Positions 34,201-46,500 of a DNA stretch of 64,000 nucleotides are shown here, piece after piece. The position numbers and the translations under genes were made by a program. Every line of letters begins with the position of its first letter. The first letter of the stretch is position 1. Origin of the DNA: Macrostomum hystrix (lineage: Eukaryota; Animalia; Platyhelminthes); contig CATNEN010000039.1 of assembly GCA_950097015.1 (NCBI GenBank), positions 16,616,001-16,680,000 of the forward strand. Reading direction: 5' to 3'. Under the pieces are notes generated by a model that searched no databases, was not told where the DNA came from, and saw nothing but the letters and a program-made list of their open reading frames with translations.

Positions 34201-37200
34201 GAATGGTTCGCTGGCTGCCCTTGAGTCTAATCCGGTACTCATAGGTAAGACTCGATGTGGTTACATTGAACTCAACCCAGCTCCAGCAGGATAAGCGAAA
34301 ATCTGTCGACATCGCGATGCCCTCCCTGGGTTCGACTGTACAGTTTCCACCGCTGGCGGGCTTGTTAACAACAATCACCTTCCTGGCTGTGTTAGGGCCC
34401 ACCTGTGCGTAGCTTGACGCTTTTAACTCTACCAGGTACTCGACGCCTTCTGCAAGTGTCTTTGCTCTCCTATTTAACACGGCACTTTTGAAACCTGAAA
34501 GTTTAGATGAAACGAGGCAGTTAATTTAGTGTGACTGTACTACGCACATGAAAAACGTCCGCAACAGGGTGCAGTACTTGCCGCCGTCAGTGACTGTTGA
34601 TAAGTCATCGTATGCGCCAGCTAGCAACGGTTTCATCGCCCAAGTAAACGACAGATTTGAAAACTTTGAACCGCAATTAGATGTGCATGCAGCCTCATAA
34701 ACTAGCGGGCTGTGTGCCGTAACTTTTGAGGCGCAATTGCTGACGCACCTTTGGAAATTAATTTCAGAAAGTACTGATTACACGCCATTAAAGTACATTA
34801 AGTTTAAGCTTTTCAATAACAAAACCCTTACCCGATTTTAATAACAGCTTTTCCCACAGGCTGAACAAAAATGAGCCAGTCACTGCTTGCCACTCGCGAG
34901 TCCTTAGTAACGACGATCTTCAATAAGTAGGATGTGTTGGGCAGCATGTGCCAGGTGTTCAGCATCGCGATTCCGGCGGTAGTTGCATTCCCTTCCATAA
35001 TGACGCCAACACCGTTTCCATAGCAACCAGTAAATCCGGAAATGTACTCGTACTGCACGCTCGGCGGACTGACTCGCGTTGTCACGTCGGAGTGAATCGT
35101 TGACAGCTCGGACTGCAGCGCGCAAACCCAGCGGAACCACATGCCAGTCAGATTGCCCGGCTCCACGTCCCAGTCGCGAGGATCCGAACCAATGAGCACA
35201 GTGCTGTTGTAGGCAACGGAGACCGGAGCTGAACTACTAAAGTTGACTGTTATTGGCGTTCTTGTTATATTCAGGTAGAAGGCAAACTCTGACGATACCG
35301 GAGGTATTACAGCTGCCATGGAAACATTGATAACAACCTTGTAAAGCCCGTACCACAATGTCCTGGCCGCTATCGTCAGGGTAAATGAATCGGGAAAAGT
35401 CATGTTAAGGCTCACACCATCGGCTGAGTCTATCCTCCATCTCCGAACAGTGAAAGTGGTCTTCGTACAGTTCAGCTCTGCTAATCCCTGGACAGTAATT
35501 TCCTGCGATCTCATCATGGTCAGGGGCTGATTAGGATCCCATTGCGGTAGCTGAGCAGCATTGTGCGAAAAGTTAAGCCTCGGAGCGTCGCACATCCAGT
35601 CCATCACAAAGGCCAGAGTCTCTGCAGTGTCGTTGCTGACGTGGTTGAAGGCAAATACACTGGCAGAGAAGCTACCAATCCGAGGATAAACGTGAGTAAA
35701 AATCAGTGAAAGATTTTGATATGCGATGGCAGTGAAATTTATTCCTCGTGAAGAGGCGTACGGCTGACAAAGAGCTGGGGTTCCGAAACTGGTGTTGCTC
35801 GAGTCGCCGAAGTCGATAACAAAGCAACCGTTAGTGCCAAAGCGGGCTATGTTAAGAAAGAAATATGTTGAATTCGAATACAATGTTGTCCCATTGGTGC
35901 GGAAGCTTCCAATTACTACAGCATCAAGAACAATGTCAATCGTTATAGGAATCAGCTGATAAGAAACTAAGTTTGAACAATTAGCACTGAAGTTTCTCAG
36001 TCCCAATGCGTCTCTAGTAAATGAATGAACAAAAATTGCATCGATGACAATGTCCAACGAGTTCACGTAGACGTAGCGGGATCCGAATTGAGCCCAACTG
36101 AAAATGCAATGCACGTTAACGAGAGAAACTGCTGGACTAGTCAACCGAAACTGAACCTCCGCTGGTGTATACAGCACGCTACTATTGTACTGCAATACCA
36201 GACCGTGAACCACTTCTTGCACCACCACGGGACCAAATGAAAATGATCTATTGCTGACGTCATTCCACACAGACGCGGTAGTCGTAAAATTTCCTGTTGT
36301 GGGAAATGTGACGGAAACGGCGCCGAGAATTTCAGTGATGGACAACTTGCGACCATCGCCGCAGTCGACACGAGCGTGCAGCGCCGACCCAGACGACACA
36401 GACAGCGAAAAGTTACCAGCCGCCAACCTTCGCAGTGCCAGAGGCCCGGACCATGTCAAACCAGCTACGGCTTCCTGACAAAAAGCTGAGACATTCGCGG
36501 CATGAACTTCTGAGACCAAATTCCAGCACGTCAGCGATACAACTTCTGGTTTAGTTAACATGGCTCTGGTGCATGTAAGAGGAATTTGAAAGGACGAGTT
36601 GTGAAATGCCACTTCCTTGGTAACAATTCCAAATGTCAGACGGCACGTTGCATTAGTTGGCTGAGGATCAGGATGGTAGAACGAGGCGATGCCATTTGCT
36701 GATGAAAGCTCGATAAATTCTGGCGCACTAAGGACTAGCTGACTAACTGGATTTTGAGCAACTATCTGTACAGTTCGTGTTTCTGATCGAGTGTGATAGT
36801 TTGTCGCAACTGCTGCTAGGACGTAGCTACCGGGCACGCTGTAGCTGATGTTCAGGAAATCTGGCGCTTGCCACGCCAGCAGCTGCATGTCTGCTACCGA
36901 GACGGTGCTGCCGTTGCCGAAGTTGAGATCGTAAGTTACATGGCTACCTCTGCTAACTGTGAGCATGAGTTGAATAGTCTGATTGGTTTTAACTAGGCCG
37001 AGACTAGCGTTGAACCACAGTGTGGTTATATTCTCTTGGAGAATAACGTAAAACACAGAGCTTAGGCTAGACTTGGGATTCCAGCATGTAACATTAGCAA
37101 CAGCGAATGGACTGTCTAGAAGAAAGGTCAGGACAGTTTTATGGGTTCTTGATGGCTGAAGGACGGTGGTAAAATTTTGACCAACTCCAAGCTGTAGCAC

Positions 37201-40200
37201 AGCGCGGCATGAGATTGGCAATCGAGACACTGACGTTCCTCGGATCTAAATAGAAATTTGACAGGGCCATGTTGTCATTTACTCACTTTCTCTACGTACA
37301 TATTTACGATCGTAATAGCTACTTCTTACCATTTCAACAAAAAGTGAGACATTCAGAGGAACCGGCTCAGGAACATAAGACAGCGAGAGTTGCATAAAAT
37401 CCGCTAGCTGAGGAGCGACTTCAACAGTGCCGGAAGTTCTCCATCCATCCAAGTCATTATCGATTGAGCAGACAAAGTCGAACGGGCCCACATCCTCTGC
37501 GAAGGCGAAGCTCCATTGTGTGGAGTAGGCCATGAAGTTGGCCACGTGACCCCCGGTGAGCCAGTCCCAATGCAGCGAGCGGCCATTTGTGAAGTTAACT
37601 ATCGCGTGCAGTGCTGATCCCCTCAGCCAAGTAGCTGTTACTGTAACCGTCTCATTGGGTGCTACTACTGACGAAGAGACCACACAGCTGGCGTTGCTTA
37701 CGGGCACCTCGGAGCAGGAGAGATTTCCTACGATAGAAGTACAGCCGATATTGTTTGAGAAGTCGCTTTCGGTGTATGACGGATCAGAGCTGGCATTGAA
37801 TATGACACACAGCCGGCTCAAGCTGGGGCAAATATCCGCGCTTACATTGAAGGTGTGACTACAGTCTATGGTGGCAGCGCTAAAAAGTGCCTGACGCAAC
37901 TGACTCGGCTCACTGCAGCTCGTCAAGACTGGCCCCAATGTCGAGGCTGCGGTGCTTGAGGCAAGGAAGACGTTGGGCAGAAAGTTGATTCTGGGCGCCG
38001 GCACCGCCTCCACTGGCAGTCCAGAGCGGAGACGCAACGAATAGGACACGGAAAGAGCTGCTGGATAGCGACGAATCCAGGTGCCGTTAGTGATTGAAAA
38101 AACTGGCTCAGCTACTTCAACGTCAGCTGCAGGTGTGCAGTTGCGGGGCAAGGATGAGCACACCACACCTGTGCTGTTGTCAGCGAAAACTAAGCTGGAA
38201 TTCGGTCCAGCAGAGATCAGTAAGCAAACAAAGCCGAATGATTCGCAGGATGTCAAATTCAGCGTCACTGAAGCATTTGTCTGCAGACGTATCGAGCCTC
38301 CAGGAGCCACCGCGTCACCCGATGCGGCGGGGCTCGGATCCAGTAACTCGCAGAAAGCTCTCAAACAGCTGGCACTAAGGCTGCAGTTTCTTGTGCAGAT
38401 TGCCATGCTTGTTGTCTGTAAATTCACGGTAAGATTTCTATGAGTCACTCTGTAAAGAATGTACAGTTAAAGGCTCAATAAAATATACATATTGAATAAA
38501 AAAATGATTAACGATTTCCTAGAATCCTGATTTCTGTCATGACGTAATTTTTCGGAGACTCACAGCGAAGTTCTTGTCCGGAGGTGTCAACGCAGCTATA
38601 TGAATGTAGTTTACGGGGCTAAGAGAGAGAATGGACTCAACAATGAGCTGTCCAGTTAGAGCACGAGTCACTGGTGTGGTGCTGGTGACACTGAGTGACG
38701 ACTGAATGTCAAGCGCCGGCTGGCAGACTTTGCTAAAACCGACGCACGCCTCATTGTTGCTAAGCTGGTAGTCGACAAAGCTTGCACCGTCTCCAGGCCA
38801 GGCGGAGATGCAGATTTCGCTAACCTGGGAACAAACTCCCCCAGCTGGAATCCGAATTGTGACAGTCAGAACCAGATCAAACAACTCGCCGACACCTCGA
38901 GAAGCTCTTAAATCCCCGTTGACAAGAGTGAGAGCGTCAACTGTGAAATTGCCACCAGAAGTGGTCCTTAGTCGCCCAGTAAGATTAAAATTAGCTCGAG
39001 GCGCGGGCACAGCCGTTGCATTTGCGCTGCCGTTCAGTATTCGAATGCGAATTGTGACATTCAGGTTCGAGACCACGTCACGAATCAGCGGCTGAGGATT
39101 CAGGACAGATACGGAATCGACAGCGGTGTCCATCACTAGGGATTGAAAAACAAAATTATAAAATCTGATTGCACAGGACTGTGTTAGTATATTGACTTTA
39201 CCAAAATCAAATATTAGCTTACAAGCTTTGCAAAAAGTTGCTCGCAACACAAATCCTCTCTTACAATCGCATCGGGTGTCTAACAGTTGGCCGGAAGGTG
39301 ATAGACACGCTGAGTTCTCTGTCAGACTGCAGGAAGCGTCAGCATAGCACGCTTCTCCCACTGATTTAGCTGAAATGGAGTTCAAAGAATTTATATTTAT
39401 AACTAAGTTCAAAACTTACAACCGAGTTCAACAAGAACATTGGAGTTCAAAAAGTACATCAGCTTGCAAAAAGTGCATCCGAATTCACAAAGTACATCCA
39501 CGTTCAAAAAGTACACCCGAGTTCAAAAGTACATCCGAGTTCAAAAGTACATCCGAGTTCAAAAGTACATCCGAGTTCAAAAGTACGTCCGAGTTAAAAA
39601 AGTACATCCAAATTCAATAAAGTACATCGTTAAGTAACAATTAACGAAAGTAAATTTACAAAAAAATTTTATTTCACTTACGAGGATGAAAATAATTCTT
39701 AGGAATAATTCTCATAACAACTTGAGCCCCGGAGCTGATATCTGACGACCATCTGATTGAGTCGCTGCGACCTGCACCTGCGCAACCCGTCGGCTTGGTT
39801 GCATAGCAACCAGGTGCACCGGTGTACCACCATCCGGCGCCTCCGATACTGGCACACAACGCTGTGCTTCCAAAATCAAACGTTGAAAAAGTGGAAAGGT
39901 TGTGCGCCTCCAACAGTCGACCATCTCCGAAGTCGCTGGAGCAGTTTTTGATCGTCAGCTGAAAACTATTTACCATGGATCCCACCTGAATCTGGCGGCA
40001 CTCGACATAGCGGAAACTGCCATCCGAGATCCAGGCATCGATTCTCAAAGAGAAATCCTGCACGTAGGTGAAAATGTTCATCGACTGCAGGCCAAGCCAC
40101 GTGACATTTTCGAGCCTAAAGCCGTTCTGGTAGTCGGCAATAGACAAATTCATTGACGCTGTTGAATTGAAGTTTCGATAAACTATCATCCAATCGCTAA

Positions 40201-43200
40201 GGCAGTCAATTTTGTTGCCAGAAATCTGAGTGCTTGTCTGACCCACACAGGTCGGCACTGTGGAATGGGAAACGTTGGAAATTTAATTATTTGATAGCAA
40301 CAACTCAATAAATTAAATTGTGTACGGAATTTCTCTTTGACTGATCGCTTGGCTATTGACTTGTAGTTTAGAACTTCAAGTCACTTCGCAAGGAAGAAAA
40401 ACTGTGTACTTAACATGTTCCCTATTGCATTAGTATTCTGACCTTATTTCCGATGTGAAATGTTTTACCAGTTACGCAAAAAAACTCACGCTGCAGTACG
40501 CAGCCAAAGAAGTCCATCTTGAAGGCCCCGGTTGCCAGGTAAGCTGTTGGAAGCACTCGGACTTGCTGAGTCACGAATGCCGCCAGCGTTCGCAGAATCA
40601 GAATTTGATTTAGCATGTCACTCCTTTGAACTGAAAGACCAGAGCTCTGAAAACGTGTGATGCAGCAAGCTTCAGTTGTAGCTGATCAACTGTCACGGGA
40701 CTAGTACGGACTAATTTTAAGCTAATTAGTTTCTACTTTCTAGACATCAATTTCAGAATCCCCTAGCAACGAATTTTGAGTGCATTGTCTCAGTACGTTC
40801 CCTTCTGAAAATATTTGTCTGAAAAACGTCTGAGCAAAGTAACACCACCAGTGACTCTTAAATAATACTTTGCTTTTTAAATTGAACTTTCTAGTGCTTG
40901 AAAAATGAAATGTATTGCAGGAATTCGCAGTAACTCTTCTGCCATCTTTGTTGAATATCTCGATGTCCTGGCGATGTGTCGACTTTCAGAAGGGTGCGCC
41001 TTCGTAGCTTCGAAATCTAAAACCTTGGTACTTATAAATTTAAGTCGCAATCACCTGATTGAGACTCGGGGTCAGAGTCCCTGCAGTCCACTGCAGTGAC
41101 GTCGCGTCATAGTACAGCATCATGACAGAGTTGTAAGCTAGCGGGTCACCGGAGCTGGAAAACAGGTTGTTACCTGAACCCGTGAACGAAAATGCACTTA
41201 TCCGCACTTGCAGGCTAAACGTCACCTGTTTGGACGTTTAGGGAGTTGTGTTGAGAAATTTTATCGAACAATTGCATAATTGAGTGACTCATTCTGTTCT
41301 TTAAAACTTGATCAGACTTACTGTAATAAAATATCCGTTAAAGACACCGTTCCAGCTACTGATAGTAGTTCGACTCATTAGCGAATCGGCAGCCGTTCCG
41401 TTTGTGCCATTGGCAGCCAAAGATATGCTCACATTGGACTGAGCTGATATCAGTGACGACCAGCAATCCTCTAAAATTAGCACGGAGCGTTAAAAGTACA
41501 TCAGTTCCTGCTACTTTTGTTCACTTAAAAAATCGTGAAATATTCTCGTTCTTACGCCGGCAAACTTGCTCGATGAAGAATCCGTTTTGCAGCCAGCTGG
41601 GTTTAAACAAAACAGACTGGGTGTCGATTTCTGTCCTATAAAAACTCTGCTCCGTCAATTGGATGCTCTTGCACGCAGTAGCTGACTGACACTTCGCCAG
41701 TGCAGAGAGTACACTAATTGAGTTCAAAGACACTTTAGCGCTTGACTCGACCGTGTAATTGTAGTATAAGTTGTAGTACGGTGTGCTGCAGCTGAAGTGC
41801 TGGCTATTGTCTACAATTTATACCGGTTTATCAAACAGACACAATTAGCACCAGGTTTGGTTATTTAAAAAAAAATAACTGCAGGAGGGCTGCGGGCAAT
41901 TGCACATCATTTGGTGACACTAGACCTGCAGCCAGCAAGGAGGCAGTTATGCCCATTTCGCTGACTCCTGAGCACACACGCACACAGACACTGTTCGCAG
42001 GCATACGCTCACACAGGTGTGTACATCTGCCCTGACTTTCTCATCGTCAGTCTGTGTACACTTTCACTGTGCTTTGGAGGTTGGCCCTCAAAGGCGTAAA
42101 TTGCACGACAAGCCCCAAAGCCTTCTCTCCGCGGCTGCGCACCCTAAATGAATGCGGCCTCACCGCGGAATCGAGCTCGGGAACCTTGGCGCGAGAGGCA
42201 AACGCCTTGGACCGCTCTGCCACCGCCCCCCCAAGGATTGCTTATTACTCATCGCTGCTTCACTAAGGTTTTGAGTAGTCGACTCACCGGGTTCAGTTTG
42301 ACAGATCACGTGAGCTCTGACCGACTCGCAGTCCGCAGTAGTCCAGGCCTCTGCCGTGAGGCGTGAGGCGATGCAGCTGCCGCTGGCTGGCTCCCCAAGA
42401 CTCCAGTGAGTCCATGTCAGGCTTGAGTTCGGGTCTGAGACCCACAGTCCAGAGCGGAGGGTAGCGCCTATGTGAAACTTGGCGTCCTTGGGCGCCGGTA
42501 AGGCGTCTCGGCTGAAGCCTCTGTTGTGGTTAATTTATCAAGGGTTTGGTGACAGCAAGAATAATAGTGAGGCCACGTTCAAGGACCTGTCGACAGAGGC
42601 TCCTAAACTGTAGCATCTGGACTGGAAGCCCAAAACTCCCCCTTTACCACATGGGGACAATCTTTTATCCCACAAGCTGCGCCCCAACCAGTACGAAGGC
42701 GCACACTCACACAGGGGTGTAGCTCAGAGATGCCTTGGTGCGTTAACGGCTCTACTAATAAACCCGCTGCGTGAAAAATAAAGTAAAAAAATAGCCACTA
42801 ACTTTTTCAAAAGTACTTGTGATATACACTGATCACTCACAGCGACCAATCAATGAAGGCCAGCCGCATGACCGGATAGTCATAGTAGCTGGTTGGCAAG
42901 AAGATGCGCCCCTCCTTGTCCCAGTTCAGGCCGCTGCAGTGCGCGCTAGCGGATGCGCGCGACACACCGCCGACTCCGTCAGCGAAGTGATGACGACAGC
43001 TGCCTTCGAAGTAGTAGAAGTTCACTGGGCAATCTGTCAATTATTAAAGATGTACTATTTCGTTTTATCCTGCCACTTTTGTGAAGAAATTTAGAAAAGC
43101 TACAAATCTACCTCCACTTAAACAGCCGTAAATCGTAGCGATATTTAAACTGAGAATTTCGGCTGAGTTGCCTACTAATTGGGCGCTTCGGGCAGCGAAA

Positions 43201-43522
43201 GTTCGATTGAGCCAGACACTGTTAGATCCGTTGACTATTTTGAAACTCTGGAATGGTGCAATATTTTCAGTACGAAATACTTTTTAGATAGAGGTACGCA
43301 GAGATAATATAATAACGATTACTTACTAGGTAATCAAGGGTACCACTGATTCTCAAGGTAAGATTTGCTGGTTCCACCGTACTGATCTGGGCTATCACAG
43401 TCAAATTGGTGATGTAGTGCAGCTTGGCCAATGTAAAATTCACTCGTATTTTGTCTAACTGCGAACTCGGAACTGTGCTCAAAAGACCTGGACTCACAGC
43501 AGGGCACTCTGTAGATTTCACG

Positions 43523-43555
<33 letters not shown>

Positions 43556-46500
43556 AATGAACTCATTTTCATCCACATGAATAGTCAATTGAGACTCACC
43601 GACAGGAAAAGCGAGTATTCCTATTCTTAGTCGAGCCTCTCCAAAGTACTTCATAGGAGTTACGACGATAAATTTAGCTGCGACCGGTGCCGGCAAGTAT
43701 TCGACAAATTCTAGATTAGAAATGATGCCACCCAGCAGAGAGCGGTCCGGATCTCCCGACCTGCGAATTTCCAAAGGTAGCGAGTCATCCGTCGGACCGT
43801 AGGCTAATCCGTAGCTAGACACGTAGGAGCCATTGTAGCCGGCTGTTATGACGCTAAAAACCGTGTGCGTAACAGGGAAGGTCACCCGAACAGAAGCATT
43901 GGCTGGCAGCTCGAAGGCGGGCTCCAAACTGCCCAGCAGCAGAGAGGCCGCTCCGCCAACCCAGCTGGCGCCTCCCGATTTTCTTCGCACCGTCAGCTGA
44001 TGCGGCCACAGTGGAACCAGCGGAACTGGCAGCAGGGAATCGGCCGAGCAGCCGAACAGTTCCAGTTTTCCCGCGAATCGGCCAACCAACTGAAGCGCGT
44101 AGAGACGAAATGTGCGCCCAACTATCGGGCTAGACAGACGTTCAATTGTTGAAGTGCAGTCGTCTGGATAGCCCATTGGTCCGCGTAGAATCTAGAAGTT
44201 ATGGGTTTGATTCGATTGAGTGAAATGATATGAAACTGATTCAGGTATCATGTGTGCTTACACTGGGAGCCAAGCTCCAGTACTGTCCAGCTTGTTTGTA
44301 CAGTATCATGTAACTGATCACAGACTCCCTAGGTAAGTTGGGTAAGCAGTAAATTCCGGCCAGTGCCACAGATTGAACAGAAACAGCCTGTTGAAAGTCA
44401 ACCTGCAGCCACTCGTCCAGACTGATGCTGGCTGCTCGGAAGAAGCCGAATGTCCCAACGGTGGAATCTGAAATCCAACGGAGAGTAATCAAGCCACAGA
44501 AGGTCGGTGGCAGAGCGGTTAACACGTTTGCCTCTTGCGCCAAGGTCCCTGAGCTCGATTCCGCGGCGAGGCCACATTCATTTGAGGCGCAGCCGCGGAG
44601 AGAAGAAGGCTTGGGGCTTGTCGTGAAACTTACGCCCTTGAGGGCCAACCTCCAAAGGCATACTGAGAGTGTACACTGCCTGACAATGAGAAAGTCAGGG
44701 CAGATGTACACACCTGTGTGAGCGTGTGCCTGCGAACAGTGTCTGTGTGCGTGTGTGGTCAGGAGTCAGCGAAATGGGCATAATTGGTTCGCCGCTGTAT
44801 GCGGGTTTAGTGTCCCCAAATTATGTGACATTATGCTAATATTACTCGTATTATTATAATCAGGCTACAGCCAACTATTCCATATCGTTTTCAATCAAAG
44901 TTAGCAGAACACATACTAGTCAGATAGGTGTTAAACATAGCCTGTTCTGGTGGGTAGCCAGGCAAACTTGACTTGGCAGCGACGCTTTGAATGCGGACAC
45001 TGGCTGTTGCATTGTCGGATGCATCGAGGCTGAGCAGTGGACTGCCACAGTTTGAAGCTGTCAATCAAATTGTTAGCGCTTGTGATTAGAACCTGAAGCA
45101 TTCCTAGGTAGTCTTCTTGCATTAGGAGATTAAGAAAATCAGCAACACACATACCATAGCAACTCCACTGGAATGTGCGATTCAGCAGCGCAGTCAAACT
45201 TAGGGAATCGACAACGACTAACGCATTGAATGTCCTAGCAGGATCCGTCATAGAGACGGTCGTACAGTTCCGCGTGGCATTTCGCTGGCAGTCCGTCAGT
45301 GCTTTGATAGTCGGCTCAAATGATTGATAAGTGTCGATTGGAAGTGAGCCTTGCAGATTGACTGCAGGTAGGTAGATCCTTGTGTTGCACTGAGTGCCTG
45401 ATAGCGATTTGATATAAATATATTTATAATTAAATGAGCAATAAAGCTAGCTTATTGTGAATGCTTTCACTCACTGGGAACCGCGGGAATCTCGCACAGA
45501 AACGGATAAACGGCGGTCTCGCTATTGCAAGGCGCGCTCCACCATTGCATTCGTTCGCCAATCTCAGCGATGACGCAACCGTTTGCTGGCTTCGCCGCGT
45601 GCCAGTTATTCAAATGCAAGCTCAGCGCCTTGCCATTGTATGTTTCAAACTCGCGAGTCAGGTTGTTGTACTCTCCGTCGATGTGGACAAATTTGTAAGC
45701 TGGTATTGAGCTGGCATTTTAGCGAGAAAAAAATTGTCAGCGGTGCAGAAAGTTCTTGATATACGAGAGTATTGTGGTAAGTGGGTAGGCCAATCTCACC
45801 TGTTTCGCAACTGTCTCAGTACAAAGCTAAACACCTGGAGTTCAGTTTCGGTGGTCATTCGAGCTAGACGTCCCTCACCAAACCAGCTCAAAGACTGGCA
45901 GATGCTCTGCGCAACGCGCCTGCTGGCGACCGTGTCGGGCTGCGAAGCCGCAGAGAACGGAGCCCAGTAGCAGACGTCGCCATGCCGAAATGTGTTCAGT
46001 GGGCAGTCTGGAGACGCGATTTACGAGTTAACTTAGTGTTGCATGTCAGAATTTTAAGATTAAGTGAGCCACTGCTTAGTAATAGGCCCTCTGGCGCCAG
46101 GAGCCCCCGGCCGCGTGTGTACATTGGGTGTACATTCCCCGCCTTGGCTGTGCTAGGCCTGTGCCCCCTTCGACCCCCTTCTCGCGTGTGTCTGTTTGGT
46201 GTCTCCGCAGTCACTTGACTCTCCTGCTCAGGAGATTCATCTCTCGGCTATTCAAAAGTGCAGTAAATATGTTTACAGCGAAGGATCGTGACATCACCAA
46301 GTATGTGACATCAGTTGCTATTTTTAGAAACCACGTGATTCCTTCGGCTCTTCGCTAAAAGGACAACACCTTCCTCGCTCCTCTCTTCACGCGTTCTTTG
46401 TTCTCAGTTCAGCCAGGGCGAGAAAAGAATGTACCTCGATTTTAATCGATAATCGATCATTTCTACAGCTTACCAGGCATTACGCATCCGCGCAAACTAA

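Noticed and set aside
39136-39222. 87-bp in-frame open intron that could be coding
   Set aside because: Canonical GTAAGC/CTAG ends and AT-rich composition; treated as an intron, although retention cannot be excluded.
44241-44711. 156-aa ORF joining antisense SINE sequence to a discoidin exon (exonisation)
   Set aside because: A good acceptor at 44468 is phase-compatible with the upstream exon (44917-45057), so the SINE part is intronic.
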